A stretch of 42,190 nucleotides of DNA from a bacterium (GCA_043779265.1 JAYWEM010000072.1:1-42190); one strand, 5' to 3'; counted from the first letter of the stretch, positions 14,976 to 25,087 are shown. Made by a program: numbers and translations. The notes: generated by a model not told the origin, from the letters alone.

Positions 14976-15757
14976 ACCCGGTCACGGGCGTTCCTGCTCT
15001 GGAGGTGCACAACCTCACCGTCGCCTACCATCGTCGACCGGTCCTCTGGGACGTGGACTTCGCCGTCCCCGAGGGCGTGCTCGTCGGGATCGTCGGGCCG
15101 AACGGCGCCGGCAAGAGCACGCTCCTCAAGGCGGTGATGGGGTTGCTGCCGATCGCATCCGGGAGCGTCCGTGTCTTCGGGGAGGGCCTCGCCCAACAGA
15201 GGCGACGGGTCGGCTACGTGCCGCAGCGCGAGTCGGTGGACTGGGACTTCCCGGTCCGCGTCCGCGAGGTCGTCACGATGGGCCGCTACGGGCACCGCGG
15301 ATTGTTCGAGCGCCCGACCGCCGCCGATCGCGCGATCGCCGATCGCGCCCTCGAGCGCATGGGCATGGCCGCATTCGCGCAGCGGCAGATCAGCGAGCTG
15401 TCGGGCGGCCAACAGCAGCGCGTCTTCCTCGCGCGCGCGCTGGCGCAGGAGGCCGACCTCTATCTGATGGACGAGCCGTTCGCCGGCGTCGATGCGGCGA
15501 CCGAGCAGGCGGTCGTCGAGTTGCTTCGCGAGCTTCGCGCCAAGGGCCGCACGGTGATGGTCGTGCACCATGATCTGGTGAGTGTTCCCGACTACTTCGA
15601 CTGGGCGGTGATGCTCAACCTGCGCCTCGTCGCGTGCGGGCCGGTGACCGACGTGTTCACGCCCGAGCATCTGCGCAGCACCTACGGCGGACGACTCTCG
15701 CTGCTCACCGATGTGGGTGAAGCCGTGCGCCGCGCACAGAGTGGACAGCCGACGTGA
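14972..15757 (+). CDS. troB: Metal ABC transporter ATP-binding protein
   Basis: GPNGAGKST, YVPQRESVDWDFP, LSGGQQQR, MDEPF, VHHDL; ATGA overlap with troA. Confidence 0.93.
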   Translation: MNPVTGVPALEVHNLTVAYHRRPVLWDVDFAVPEGVLVGIVGPNGAGKSTLLKAVMGLLPIASGSVRVFGEGLAQQRRRVGYVPQRESVDWDFPVRVREVVTMGRYGHRGLFERPTAADRAIADRALERMGMAAFAQRQISELSGGQQQRVFLARALAQEADLYLMDEPFAGVDAATEQAVVELLRELRAKGRTVMVVHHDLVSVPDYFDWAVMLNLRLVACGPVTDVFTPEHLRSTYGGRLSLLTDVGEAVRRAQSGQPT

Positions 15758-17064
15758 ACGAGGGCCCGCTCGTCGCCTTTGCGCACCTTTTGGCAGATGC
15801 GAACGTGCGTGCCGTCCTGCTCGGCTCGCTGCTGCTCGGGGCCGGCGCCGGGGCGATCGGCACGTTCGCGTTGCTCCGCCGTCAGGCGTTGCTGGGGGAC
15901 GCGCTGGCGCACGCGACGCTTCCGGGTGTGTGCCTCGCCTTCCTGGCGACCGGCAGCAAACATCCACTCGTGTTGCTGGTGGGCGCTTCGATCACGGGTT
16001 GGCTCGGCACGCGCTCGGTGCGAGCGATCACCCAGCACACGCGCATCCGCGAGGATGCCGCACTCGCGCTCGTGCTCTCGGTGTTCTTCGGCGCCGGCAT
16101 CGTGCTGCTGACGCACATCCAGCGAACCGGTGCCGCGGCCCAGGCGGGGCTCGACAAGTTCCTGTTCGGCCAGGCCGCCTCGCTCGTTCAGTCGGATGTC
16201 TGGGTCCTCACGGGAGTGACGCTGGCGCTGCTCGCCACGGTGGTCATCGCGTTCAAGGAATTGCAGTTGCTGAGTTTCGACGAGGGCTTCGCGCGCTCGA
16301 TCGGCTGGCCGGTGGGGGTGCTCGAAGGCCTCCTTGCCACCCTCATCACGCTCACGGTGACGGTGGGGCTCCAACTCGTCGGCGTCGTTCTGATGGTGGC
16401 GCTGCTGCTGACGCCGGGTGTGGCGGCCCGGTTCTGGACCGATCGTCTGCCGATCATGCTCGTGCTCGCCGCGTTGTTCGGCGCGATCGCCGGAGTGATG
16501 GGCGCCTCGGTGAGTCTGCTCGCTCCGCGCATGCCGACGGGACCCTGGACGGTCGTGGCGATCACCTCGATCTTCGCGTTCTCGCTGCTCGCCGCGCCTC
16601 GGCGCGGCGTATTGGCGCGCGCCTGGCGCCGTCGCCGCCTGCGCAAGCGCACGACCGAGGAGAACGCGCTCGCGAGCCTGTGGCGTTTCGGGGAGACCGT
16701 CACCGACTGGACGGCTCCGCAGAGCGCCGCGCGGCTCGCCGCGGAGCGCGGCTTGAGCGCCGATGTCGCGCTGCGCACGCTGGGTGCGTTGAAGCGGCAG
16801 GGCTGGGTCGAGCGCGCCACCGGGGACTGGCGGCTGACGGGGCCCGGCCGCTCGCGCGCCGAGCACATCGTGCGACTGCACCGCCTGTGGGAGCTCTATC
16901 TGTCCGAGCGTTTGAATCTGCCCGCGGACCACGTGCATGAGGAAGCGGAGACCATGGAGCACTTGCTGACTCCCGAACTGGCTGCCGCACTCGAGGCGAC
17001 GCTGGCGCGGCCCGAACGGGACCCGCACGGCCGCACGATCCCCACGCCGGAGGGAGCGCGATGA
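15754..17064 (+). CDS. troC: Metal ABC permease fused to a C-terminal DtxR-like domain (TroC-TroR/YtgCR-like)
   Basis: LLGDALAHATLPG permease motif; C-terminal HTH, HRLWELYL, HEEAETMEH, DPHGRTIP. Confidence 0.9.
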   Translation: MNEGPLVAFAHLLADANVRAVLLGSLLLGAGAGAIGTFALLRRQALLGDALAHATLPGVCLAFLATGSKHPLVLLVGASITGWLGTRSVRAITQHTRIREDAALALVLSVFFGAGIVLLTHIQRTGAAAQAGLDKFLFGQAASLVQSDVWVLTGVTLALLATVVIAFKELQLLSFDEGFARSIGWPVGVLEGLLATLITLTVTVGLQLVGVVLMVALLLTPGVAARFWTDRLPIMLVLAALFGAIAGVMGASVSLLAPRMPTGPWTVVAITSIFAFSLLAAPRRGVLARAWRRRRLRKRTTEENALASLWRFGETVTDWTAPQSAARLAAERGLSADVALRTLGALKRQGWVERATGDWRLTGPGRSRAEHIVRLHRLWELYLSERLNLPADHVHEEAETMEHLLTPELAAALEATLARPERDPHGRTIPTPEGAR

Positions 17065-17972
17065 ACGACGTCGCGTGGATCATGCTCGCCGGTGCCCTGG
17101 CCGCCGGTTCCTGCGCCATCGTGGGGTGCTTCCTCGTCCTGCGACGCATGGCCATGTTGGGCGATGCGATCAGCCACGCCGTGCTGCCGGGGATCGCGCT
17201 CGCATTCCTCCTCACCTCGAGCCGCGATCCGCTGCCGATGCTGGCGGGTGCCGGCGCTCTCGGGCTGGTGACCGCCGGGCTCACCGATTGGCTGCATCGC
17301 ACCGGCCGCATCCAACAGGACGCGGCGATCGGCGTGTCGTTCACCTGCCTGTTCGCCATCGGCGTCATCCTGATCTCGGCCTTCGCCGGCCAGGTCGATC
17401 TCGATCAGGAGTGTGTGCTTTACGGCGAGATCGCATATGTCCCACTCGATCTGTGGTGGCTCGATGATGGTCGCTCGATGGGCCCGCGCGCCGTCTGGAT
17501 TCTCGGCAGCGTGTTCGCTCTGAACGTGGCCTGGGTCGCACTCGCCTGGAAGGAACTGCGACTCTGCGCGTTCGATCCCGAGATGGCCGCAGCGCTCGGG
17601 CTGCCGGTGGTCGGCATGCATGCGGCGCTGATGGCAGCCACGTCGCTGACGACGGTGGCCGCGTTCGAGAGCGTCGGCGCGATCCTCGTGGTGGCGATGC
17701 TGGTGGGACCCGCAGCGACCGCCTACCTGCTCACCGATCGGCTCGTGCGCATGGTGGGTCTCGCCGCCGTCATCGGCGCGATGTCGTCCGTGTTCGGCTA
17801 TGCGCTCGCCCGGATGTGGGATGCCTCGATCGCCGGATGCATGGCGCTGGCCATCGGATTCTTCTTCCTGCTCGCCGCGTTGTTCTCGCCGCGGCACGGG
17901 GTGGTCACTCGGGCCTGGCGATTGCGGCGGATCGTCGGCGATCAGGCGCTGGAGCCCCCGCTCATTCCCTGA
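17061..17972 (+). CDS. troD: Metal ABC transporter permease
   Basis: MLGDAISHAVLPG, VDLDQECVLYGE, AFESVGAIL. Confidence 0.9.
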   Translation: MNDVAWIMLAGALAAGSCAIVGCFLVLRRMAMLGDAISHAVLPGIALAFLLTSSRDPLPMLAGAGALGLVTAGLTDWLHRTGRIQQDAAIGVSFTCLFAIGVILISAFAGQVDLDQECVLYGEIAYVPLDLWWLDDGRSMGPRAVWILGSVFALNVAWVALAWKELRLCAFDPEMAAALGLPVVGMHAALMAATSLTTVAAFESVGAILVVAMLVGPAATAYLLTDRLVRMVGLAAVIGAMSSVFGYALARMWDASIAGCMALAIGFFFLLAALFSPRHGVVTRAWRLRRIVGDQALEPPLIP

Positions 17973-19207
17973 GGCCTTCGCTTCGCGAGTCCGGAGGAGG
18001 GGACGAGTGCCGTCGCCAGAAGGATGCCCGCGACGAGGGCGCTCGCCAGCAGCAGCATGCGGAAGGCGCCCTCGACGCCGCTGGTGATGTCGCGGTCGAT
18101 GAGCATCGTGAGGCCGCGGAACCCGATGCTTCCCGGAACGAGCAGCAACAGGCTCGGCACCAGCGTCACGGCGGCGGGCGCACTTCGGACGCGCGCGATC
18201 GCGTGCGACAGAAGCCCGGCGGTCAGCGCCGCGAGGAACGCGGCGAGTTCGCTGCCCAGAGGCGGTGCCACGAGACGGCCCACGATGTGAGCCGGCACGC
18301 CGACGCCGAGGATCCACGGATAGTCCGAAGGCGCGGCTCGCAGCAGGATCGTGAATGCGACCGGTGCGAGGATCAGCGCGACGCCTTCGGTCCACAGGGG
18401 GAGCGCCGTCGGGGTGATGGCGACCGGAGCGCCGAGCAGCATCTCGACGACACGAGATCCCATCGCGACGCCGAACGCGATGGCGAGCAACTGCGTCAGC
18501 GCACCGAGGATGCGTGAGGTGCCGCTGACGAGATGCTGGGAGGCGAGTTCCGCCATCGCGGCCGTGAGATGGAGTCCCGGGAGCAGGATCAACAGCGAAG
18601 CGAGTGAGGCGATGGGATCGTTGAATCCACACAGCCGACCTGCCGATGCCGCGAGCGCCGAGACGACGAAGGCCGCGAGAGCGGGGAAGACGCGCCCGAG
18701 TCCCGCGATCCGGCCAGCGAACGACGACAGCACCGCGAGCACCGCACCGAGGAACGCGGCGGCGGCCATCTCGAGTGCACCCCCTCCCAGGAATCGGCAG
18801 GCTGCAGCTCCCGAGAGTGCGAACGCGGCGGCGGTGACGATCGGTCGATAGCGGGCTGGGGCGAGGCTCAGGGCCCGCAGAGCGCTCGTTCCCTCGGCGG
18901 GCGTGCTGCGTCGCTCGATCACATCGCGCGCACACTCCAGCACACGCGTCAGTCGTTCGAGGTGCTGCTCGCTGCCTTCCAGACGAAGCAGGTGGGTGTG
19001 CTGGGAACGGCCCTCTCCGAACGCGGCGAAGATCGAGGTCGGAGTCACGAAGAACTGGCCGACCAGGCCGACGCCGAGACAGGCCTCGCCGAGGTGATCC
19101 TCGAGCCAATGCGAGGGGTAGCCGAGCCCGTGCAGTGAGCGGCCGAGTTCGAGCACGAACTCGACCGCTGAATCCGAGTCCGTTTGCGATGTGACTGGCG
19201 AGGTCAT
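17942..19207 (-). CDS. thrE: ThrE-family threonine/serine exporter
   Basis: FFVTPTSIF, ILLPG...AMAELASQHLVSGTSR, LLVPGS; multi-TM; start uncertain (19207, 19246 or 19273). Confidence 0.8.
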   Translation of the reverse strand: MTSPVTSQTDSDSAVEFVLELGRSLHGLGYPSHWLEDHLGEACLGVGLVGQFFVTPTSIFAAFGEGRSQHTHLLRLEGSEQHLERLTRVLECARDVIERRSTPAEGTSALRALSLAPARYRPIVTAAAFALSGAAACRFLGGGALEMAAAAFLGAVLAVLSSFAGRIAGLGRVFPALAAFVVSALAASAGRLCGFNDPIASLASLLILLPGLHLTAAMAELASQHLVSGTSRILGALTQLLAIAFGVAMGSRVVEMLLGAPVAITPTALPLWTEGVALILAPVAFTILLRAAPSDYPWILGVGVPAHIVGRLVAPPLGSELAAFLAALTAGLLSHAIARVRSAPAAVTLVPSLLLLVPGSIGFRGLTMLIDRDITSGVEGAFRMLLLASALVAGILLATALVPSSGLAKRRPQGMSGGSSA

Positions 19208-19349
19208 CGCGTGTGCGATTGGCGGGGGAGTGGCATGGCCGTGCATGCTGGGGTGCGCAGCGTGCGGTCGCAAGCTGGCCTCGCCGCGAGCCCGCTTCTA
19301 TCATGCGTGCGACCGATTTCTCGGGCGCCGGCCCAACCTGGAGTCCCCT

Positions 19350-19832
19350 GTGAGCTCAACTCTTCATTTCGGACGTCTTCGCGGAACGGTGTGCGAGGTC
19401 GTGGACGCGGGAGACCTGCTGCCCGATTTCGAACTCGCCGCCATTCCCGTGCTCGAGGGTGTCGAGCGACCGGGGGAGGAACCCGCCACGCGGCGCCGCT
19501 TGCGCGCCGATGGGATCCGCCCCACCGAGAACCGCGGAGCGCTGTTGCTCGATCCGGGCGAACTCGAACGCTTCGCTTCGGTCGGCCTGTTCGCCAGCCC
19601 GGACGAAGTGCTGATCTCGACGCGCTGGAACGACGAGTTCGAGCCGTTCCCGGGCCGCATCGGATCGGACTCCGTGGACTTCCTCGACGGTTTGCCCTTG
19701 GGACTCGAGGAGTGGATGCACGACACGCACACGGTGCTCGTGATGGGCGATGGTGCGGGCCTGAACTACGCGACCACCATCCTCGCATTGCACGAACGAC
19801 TGAGGGCTCGATTCGCAGCGGCGAACCGATGA
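19350..19832 (+). CDS. Hypothetical acidic protein (160 aa)
   Basis: GGAG RBS before GTG 19350; coding-like codon usage; ATGA coupling to the downstream hydrolase. Confidence 0.7.
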   Translation: MSSTLHFGRLRGTVCEVVDAGDLLPDFELAAIPVLEGVERPGEEPATRRRLRADGIRPTENRGALLLDPGELERFASVGLFASPDEVLISTRWNDEFEPFPGRIGSDSVDFLDGLPLGLEEWMHDTHTVLVMGDGAGLNYATTILALHERLRARFAAANR

Positions 19833-20515
19833 GCGAGGGCAGCGAGCCGGCAGCACGCTTGACCTCGATCCTGCTCGAAGGCGGCGCGGGCTCGATCGAC
19901 GCTCTGATCCAGGAGCGAGGCGAAGCCCCGCAGCCGATCGCGGCGATCGTGCTCCACCCGCATCCACTCTACGGCGGCACGCTGCACAACAAGGTCGTGC
20001 ATCGTGTCGCGGGGACGATGACGGAGATGGGAGCGGCCGTGCTGCGGATCAACTTCCGCGGCGTCGGGAAGTCCGAGGGCGTGCACGACCGCGGCGAGGG
20101 CGAACTCGACGATGCCCGACTCGCCCTGCACTGGCTGGCGGCTCGTCACCCCGGCGCCCGGCTCTGGGTGGCGGGGTTCTCCTTCGGTTCGTGGGTCGCC
20201 TCGCGGCTCGCGGCGAGCGAGTCGGGAGTCGAGCAGTTGCTCCTGATCGCGCCGCCCGTGCACACGCAATCCTTCGCGGAGATGCGGACGAGTCCGATTC
20301 CCAAGCGGATCGTGCAGGGACTGGCAGACGACATCTGCCGCCCGGAACGCCTCGTTCAGGAGATGGCATCCTGGGCGATGCCTCGCCAGTTGCTTGAAGT
20401 GGAAGGCGCAACCCATTTCTTCGACAAGCAGTTACAGGAGTTGGGCAATGCAGTCCATGAGAGCCTTTCGGCGCCGCTCGGCGCCTCCACTCGAGGTCCG
20501 ACAACGCTTTCCTGA
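19829..20515 (+). CDS. Alpha/beta hydrolase
   Basis: HPHPLYGGTLHNKVV, RINFRGVGKS, nucleophile elbow GFSFG, GATHFF. Confidence 0.9.
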   Translation: MSEGSEPAARLTSILLEGGAGSIDALIQERGEAPQPIAAIVLHPHPLYGGTLHNKVVHRVAGTMTEMGAAVLRINFRGVGKSEGVHDRGEGELDDARLALHWLAARHPGARLWVAGFSFGSWVASRLAASESGVEQLLLIAPPVHTQSFAEMRTSPIPKRIVQGLADDICRPERLVQEMASWAMPRQLLEVEGATHFFDKQLQELGNAVHESLSAPLGASTRGPTTLS

Positions 20516-20701
20516 GCGGCGCTCCGCGCGAATCCGGCGGGCGCTGGTGTGTCCCGTTGGCGCGCTCGTCGAGGTGACTGGCATCGACGTGGTCGCCCAT
20601 CCGTCACTCGTCCTATCCTCTTCACCCACTCGGCCTCTCCTCTGACATCTCATCCCCGGAAGCCCGTGCCGGTGGCAGCGCCACTCGCCCCAGGAGTCAA
20701 C

Positions 20702-22090
20702 GTGAATCGTTCCCGCTGGATCGCCCTCGCTGTGGTTCTCGTCGTCGGGATCGCCTCGATCGTCGTGCTGCGTTCGCGCAGCAGGACGGAGGAGCCGAAG
20801 TACCGGACCGCCGCGATCGAGCAGGGCGATCTGACGACCTCGGTCTCGGCGACCGGCACGGTCCGTCCCGTCATCCAGGTCGAGGTCGGCAGTCAGGTCA
20901 GCGGAACGCTCGAACGCCTGTTCATCGACTACAACTCGCGCGTGCGGGCGGGCCAGGTGCTCGCACAGCTCGAGCCCTCGGCGTTCCGCGCTCGCGTCGT
21001 CCAGGCGCAGGCCTCCGTCGCTCGCGCCGCCGCCGCACTGAAGGACGCCGAGCGCCAGTTCGCGCGTGCGCGCGAACTCAAGAGCGGCGACTTCGTCTCG
21101 CAGGCCGATGTCGACCAGGCGGAGGTGGGGGTCGAACAGCGCCAGGCGGATCTCAAGCATGCGAAGGCCGTGCTCGAGTCGGCGGATGTGGACTTGGGCC
21201 ACACGACGATCCGTTCGCCGATCGATGGCGTCGTGATCGCGCGGTCGATCGACGTCGGGCAGACGGTCGCCGCGAGTCTGCAGGCGCCGACGCTGTTCCT
21301 GATCGCGAATGACCTGGCGCAGATGCAGGTGGAGACGCGGATCGATGAAGCGGACATCGGCCGCATCCATGCGGGACTCCCCGTCTCGTTCAGCGTCGAT
21401 GCGTTCCCCGACGACGTTTTCGAAGGCACCGTCTCGCAGGTCAGACTCGAGCCGATCACCGAGCAGAATGTCGTCACGTACACAACGGTCATCCGAACCC
21501 GGAACGAGGCGATGCGCCTGCGTCCGGGCATGACGGCGAACGTCACCGTCGTCGTCGAGCAGAAGCAGGGCGTGCTCAAGGTGCCCAACGCGGCCCTGCG
21601 CTTCCGGCCCGCGGGGTCGCCAGGACCCGGCGGACCCGGCCGTGGGCCCGGCGGGGGCGGGCGCCCCGGCGGCCAGGGGCGAGGATTCGCGCAGGCGATG
21701 ACGTCGTTCTCGTTGGTGCGCGAGGCGAACGCCCAGCCCGCAGCGGCGTCGGACCGCCGGCCGCAAGCGCCGGTCCGTGCATCGAGTCGCACCAGGGGGG
21801 ATGAGCTGCAGCCCATGGCGGGAGGGCCCCAGGCGCTCAAGCCGGGAACGCTCTGGATGCTCGCGGGCAAGCAACCGGTGGCGGTGCGCGTCATGACCGG
21901 CATCTCGGACGGCAGCACGACCGAGGTTCGAGCCGACACGCTGCAAGCCGGCATGAAGGTGATCGTCGGCCTCGAGCTTCCTGCTGGAGGCGCGCAGGGA
22001 CTCCAGCCGCCTCCCGGTATGGGCGGACCTCAGTTCCGCGGCCCGGGCGGCGGCGCTCGGCCGACCGGCGGCGGAGGGGGACGGCGATGA
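20702..22090 (+). CDS. Efflux periplasmic adaptor (MacA/HlyD family) with Gly/Pro-rich insertions
   Basis: AGGAG RBS; N-terminal TM; VEVGSQVSG, IRSPIDGVV, GQTVAASLQAPTLF, LRPGMTA. Confidence 0.9.
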   Translation: MNRSRWIALAVVLVVGIASIVVLRSRSRTEEPKYRTAAIEQGDLTTSVSATGTVRPVIQVEVGSQVSGTLERLFIDYNSRVRAGQVLAQLEPSAFRARVVQAQASVARAAAALKDAERQFARARELKSGDFVSQADVDQAEVGVEQRQADLKHAKAVLESADVDLGHTTIRSPIDGVVIARSIDVGQTVAASLQAPTLFLIANDLAQMQVETRIDEADIGRIHAGLPVSFSVDAFPDDVFEGTVSQVRLEPITEQNVVTYTTVIRTRNEAMRLRPGMTANVTVVVEQKQGVLKVPNAALRFRPAGSPGPGGPGRGPGGGGRPGGQGRGFAQAMTSFSLVREANAQPAAASDRRPQAPVRASSRTRGDELQPMAGGPQALKPGTLWMLAGKQPVAVRVMTGISDGSTTEVRADTLQAGMKVIVGLELPAGGAQGLQPPPGMGGPQFRGPGGGARPTGGGGGRR

Positions 22091-23304
22091 ACGTGAACAT
22101 GCTGCTCGAGATCGGCGTGCAGGCGCTGACCCGCAACCGCATGCGCTCGGCGCTCACGGTGCTCGGCATCGTGATCGGCGTCGCGGCGGTGATCGCGACG
22201 CTCGCGATCGGGCAGGGCGCGCGCGCTGCCGTGCAGGCGCAGATCCGCGCGCTGGGTGCCAACACGCTGACCGTGCTCCCGGGAACGGTGACGGCGGGCG
22301 GCGCTCGCATGGGCAGCGGCGGAATCACGACGATGACGCCGGAGGACGCCGAGGCGATCCTCCGCGAGTGTCCGGCCGTCGAGGCCGTCGCGCCGAGCGT
22401 TCGGCGCGTGAATCAGGTCGTGTACGGCGCCAACAACTGGGGCACACAGATCCAGGGCACGACCGACGACTTCCTCCATATCCGCAGTTGGCCGCTGGCG
22501 GACGGCGCCATGTTCACCGATGGCGATGTCCGTGGCGCGGCGAAGGTGGCCGTGCTCGGATCCAAGGTGCGCGAGCAGTTGTTCGGGACCGAGGACCCGG
22601 TGGGGGCGATCATCCGGGTCAAGGACATCCCGTTCCGCGTGATCGGCGTGCTCACCTTCAAGGGAGGCACCGGATTCGGTGGCGACCAGGATGATGTGAT
22701 CCTGATCCCCTACACGACGGCGCAGCGCAAGTTGCTCGGGATCACCTATCTCAATGCGATCAACGTCTCGGCGCACAGTGAGAAGCAGGTGTATTCGGCG
22801 GTCGATCAGATCACGCAACTGCTGCGGCAGCGGCACCGCATCCGGCCCGGCATGGATGACGACTTCTTCATCTTCACGCAGCTCGACATCGCCACGACCG
22901 CGGAGTCGACGAGTCAGGTGATGACCACGCTGCTCGCGAGCATCGCTGCCGTCTCGCTGCTCGTCGGCGGCATCGGCATCATGAACATCATGCTCGTCTC
23001 GGTGACCGAGCGGACCCGCGAGATCGGTATTCGCCGGGCGATCGGCGCGAAGCGGCGGGATATCCTGATGCAGTTCCTGGTCGAGGCGACGTTCCTCTCG
23101 CTCGCCGGTGGCGCGATCGGCGCCGCGCTCGGTGTCGGCGCGGCCCACGCGATCACGACGCTCGCCCGCTGGCCCACCGTGGTGCAGCCCGAGGTCGTCT
23201 TCATCGCGCTCGGATTCGCCTCGCTCGTCGGCGTGTTCTTCGGATTCTATCCGGCGCGCCGAGCCGCGTACCTGAACGTGATCGAGTCCCTGCGCTACGA
23301 GTGA
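22087..23304 (+). CDS. MacB/FtsX-family ABC permease (no fused ATPase)
   Basis: RSALTVLGIVIGVAAVI, GGIGIMNIMLVSVTERTREIGIRRAIGA, LRYE end. Confidence 0.92.
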   Translation: MNVNMLLEIGVQALTRNRMRSALTVLGIVIGVAAVIATLAIGQGARAAVQAQIRALGANTLTVLPGTVTAGGARMGSGGITTMTPEDAEAILRECPAVEAVAPSVRRVNQVVYGANNWGTQIQGTTDDFLHIRSWPLADGAMFTDGDVRGAAKVAVLGSKVREQLFGTEDPVGAIIRVKDIPFRVIGVLTFKGGTGFGGDQDDVILIPYTTAQRKLLGITYLNAINVSAHSEKQVYSAVDQITQLLRQRHRIRPGMDDDFFIFTQLDIATTAESTSQVMTTLLASIAAVSLLVGGIGIMNIMLVSVTERTREIGIRRAIGAKRRDILMQFLVEATFLSLAGGAIGAALGVGAAHAITTLARWPTVVQPEVVFIALGFASLVGVFFGFYPARRAAYLNVIESLRYE

Positions 23305-23360
23305 GCGTGGCGGCGAGGACTCCTGGCCCCGTGCAACCCTCGAGGTGAGCGGCGCGTAGG

Positions 23361-24383
23361 ATGTCCTGGGCTCGGCGCGTCAGCGTCGAGCGGATGTCCC
23401 CCTGCGCCGCAGCGGCGCGACTTCGCGAGGTCGATCTGAGCGCCATCGTCGTCGAGGATCTGGTCAAGACCTTCCGCCGCGGATTCGCGTCCACGAGCGG
23501 CGTTCGAGCGCTCGACGGCGTTTCTCTGCGCATCGAGCCGGGCGAGTCGTTGGGGATCGTCGGACCCAACGGGGCAGGCAAGACCACGCTGCTCGGATGC
23601 TTGTTGGGATTCCTCACACCGGACTCGGGCCAGGTCACGATCGATGGCTGTGCACCCGATGATCTCGGCGTGCGGGCGACGACCGGTTACCTGCCGGAAC
23701 GTCTCGTGCTCGATCGGTGGATGAGCGGTGTGGACTTCCTGCGCTATCACCACGCGCTCGCGCTGCAGCCCGCCGAGGCTCGCGAGAGCGAGTGTACCGC
23801 GTTGCTCGAACGGGTCGGGCTCGAGCCCTCGGCTGCCGCGCGTCGCGTCGCGACCTTCTCGCGCGGGATGCTGCAGCGGTTGGGACTCGCGCAGGCGCTG
23901 ATCGGGAGTCCCCGGCGACTGTTCCTCGATGAGCCCATCTCGGGAGTCGATCCCGGTGGCGTCGCGCTGTTCCGGCGGATCCTCTCGGAACTGCGGGCCG
24001 AGGGCGTGACGCTCGTGATCAACTCGCATCAGCTCGATGAGGTCGAACGCGTGTGCTCGCGTGTGGTGTTCGTCCAGCGTGGACGGCTCGAGACGATGGA
24101 CACGGCAGTTGCAGGGGCGGCACATGCGAGGTTGCTGAGGGTCCGCCTCGGCGCAGGTGCCACTCCGGATCGCGCGCGGCTGGAGGAGTTGGCCGGAGCC
24201 ATGCGAGCACGATTCCAGTCGTGGGATGCACCCGATGCCCGTTTCCTCGTCGAGGATGATTCGGGCGCGACACGACTCCTCGGGGCGCTCATCGCGGCGG
24301 GTCTGCCCGTGATCGAGGCGGTGGCCGAGGAGAGCCGACTGGAGCGGCTGTTCACTCGCGCTCCGAGCGGAGGTCCGTCATGA
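23361..24383 (+). CDS. ABC-2-type exporter ATP-binding protein
   Basis: GPNGAGKTT, GYLPE, FSRGMLQR, LDEPISGVD, NSHQL; true start may lie downstream (23394 or about 23437). Confidence 0.88.
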   Translation: MSWARRVSVERMSPCAAAARLREVDLSAIVVEDLVKTFRRGFASTSGVRALDGVSLRIEPGESLGIVGPNGAGKTTLLGCLLGFLTPDSGQVTIDGCAPDDLGVRATTGYLPERLVLDRWMSGVDFLRYHHALALQPAEARESECTALLERVGLEPSAAARRVATFSRGMLQRLGLAQALIGSPRRLFLDEPISGVDPGGVALFRRILSELRAEGVTLVINSHQLDEVERVCSRVVFVQRGRLETMDTAVAGAAHARLLRVRLGAGATPDRARLEELAGAMRARFQSWDAPDARFLVEDDSGATRLLGALIAAGLPVIEAVAEESRLERLFTRAPSGGPS

Positions 24384-25087
24384 ATCGGACGCTGTTCAGC
24401 GCACTCCTGCGGCAGCGTCTCACGAGCCCGATGCGCATGGGGATCCTGTTCCTCGCCGGCTCTTCGAGCGTCCTGATGAGTCTGGTGATGCGCTCGCTGG
24501 CCCCGATCGAGAATCTGGCGTGGACGCTCTCGCTGCTCTTCGCCGCTGGTGCCATCGGACAGGATCTCTCCTCGGGAGTGATGCAACTCACATTCTCCCG
24601 GCCGCTGACGCGGCAGAGCTATGTCGTGAGTCGCTGGGCGTCGGTCGTGGCGGGCGCGTGGGGCGCGCACACGCTGCTCGTGCTGCTCGCCAGCACCGGG
24701 ATGGCCCTGCGCGGCGTGCCGATCTCTCAGATCCCGATGGGCTTCGTCATCGTCGAGTCCGGCATCGCGATCGCAGCGACCTGCGCTGTGATCGTGGGGT
24801 TCTCCTCGCTCGTTCGAGGGCTCGGGGATCTCGCGCTCTATGCGGCATTCATGATCCTGCCCTCGATCGTCGCGCAGCTCGCGCGGGCGCAGGGCCAGTT
24901 CTGGCTGGAGCGGCTGTGCGAAGAGCTCGGGCGCACCGTCCACCCCGAGCTCAAGCTGTCGTTCCTCGTGAACGGTGGCGCGATCCCGTGGTCGGCGATC
25001 GCCGGATGGTCGGCGACGATCCCATTGTTCCTCGGCCTCGCCATCACGGTGATGAACCGTCGGGAGATCTCCTATGGAGACAGTTGA
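24380..25087 (+). CDS. ABC-2-type transporter permease
   Basis: About 6 TM segments; GAIGQDLSSGVMQLTFSRPLTR motif; coupled to the ATPase. Confidence 0.82.
   Translation: MNRTLFSALLRQRLTSPMRMGILFLAGSSSVLMSLVMRSLAPIENLAWTLSLLFAAGAIGQDLSSGVMQLTFSRPLTRQSYVVSRWASVVAGAWGAHTLLVLLASTGMALRGVPISQIPMGFVIVESGIAIAATCAVIVGFSSLVRGLGDLALYAAFMILPSIVAQLARAQGQFWLERLCEELGRTVHPELKLSFLVNGGAIPWSAIAGWSATIPLFLGLAITVMNRREISYGDS

Noticed and set aside
17450..17462. WW pair in TroD, reminiscent of the Chlamydia YtgC triple-Trp sensor
   Set aside because: Only two Trp codons, located downstream of the fused repressor domain, so it cannot gate repressor translation.
17942..17972. 31-nt convergent overlap of the troD and thrE 3' ends
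   Set aside because: Short convergent overlaps are common in compact GC-rich genomes.
21601..22090. Gly/Pro-rich repeats in the efflux adaptor
   Set aside because: Disordered GP-rich insertions are common in MacA-like proteins and are not a collagen triplet repeat.
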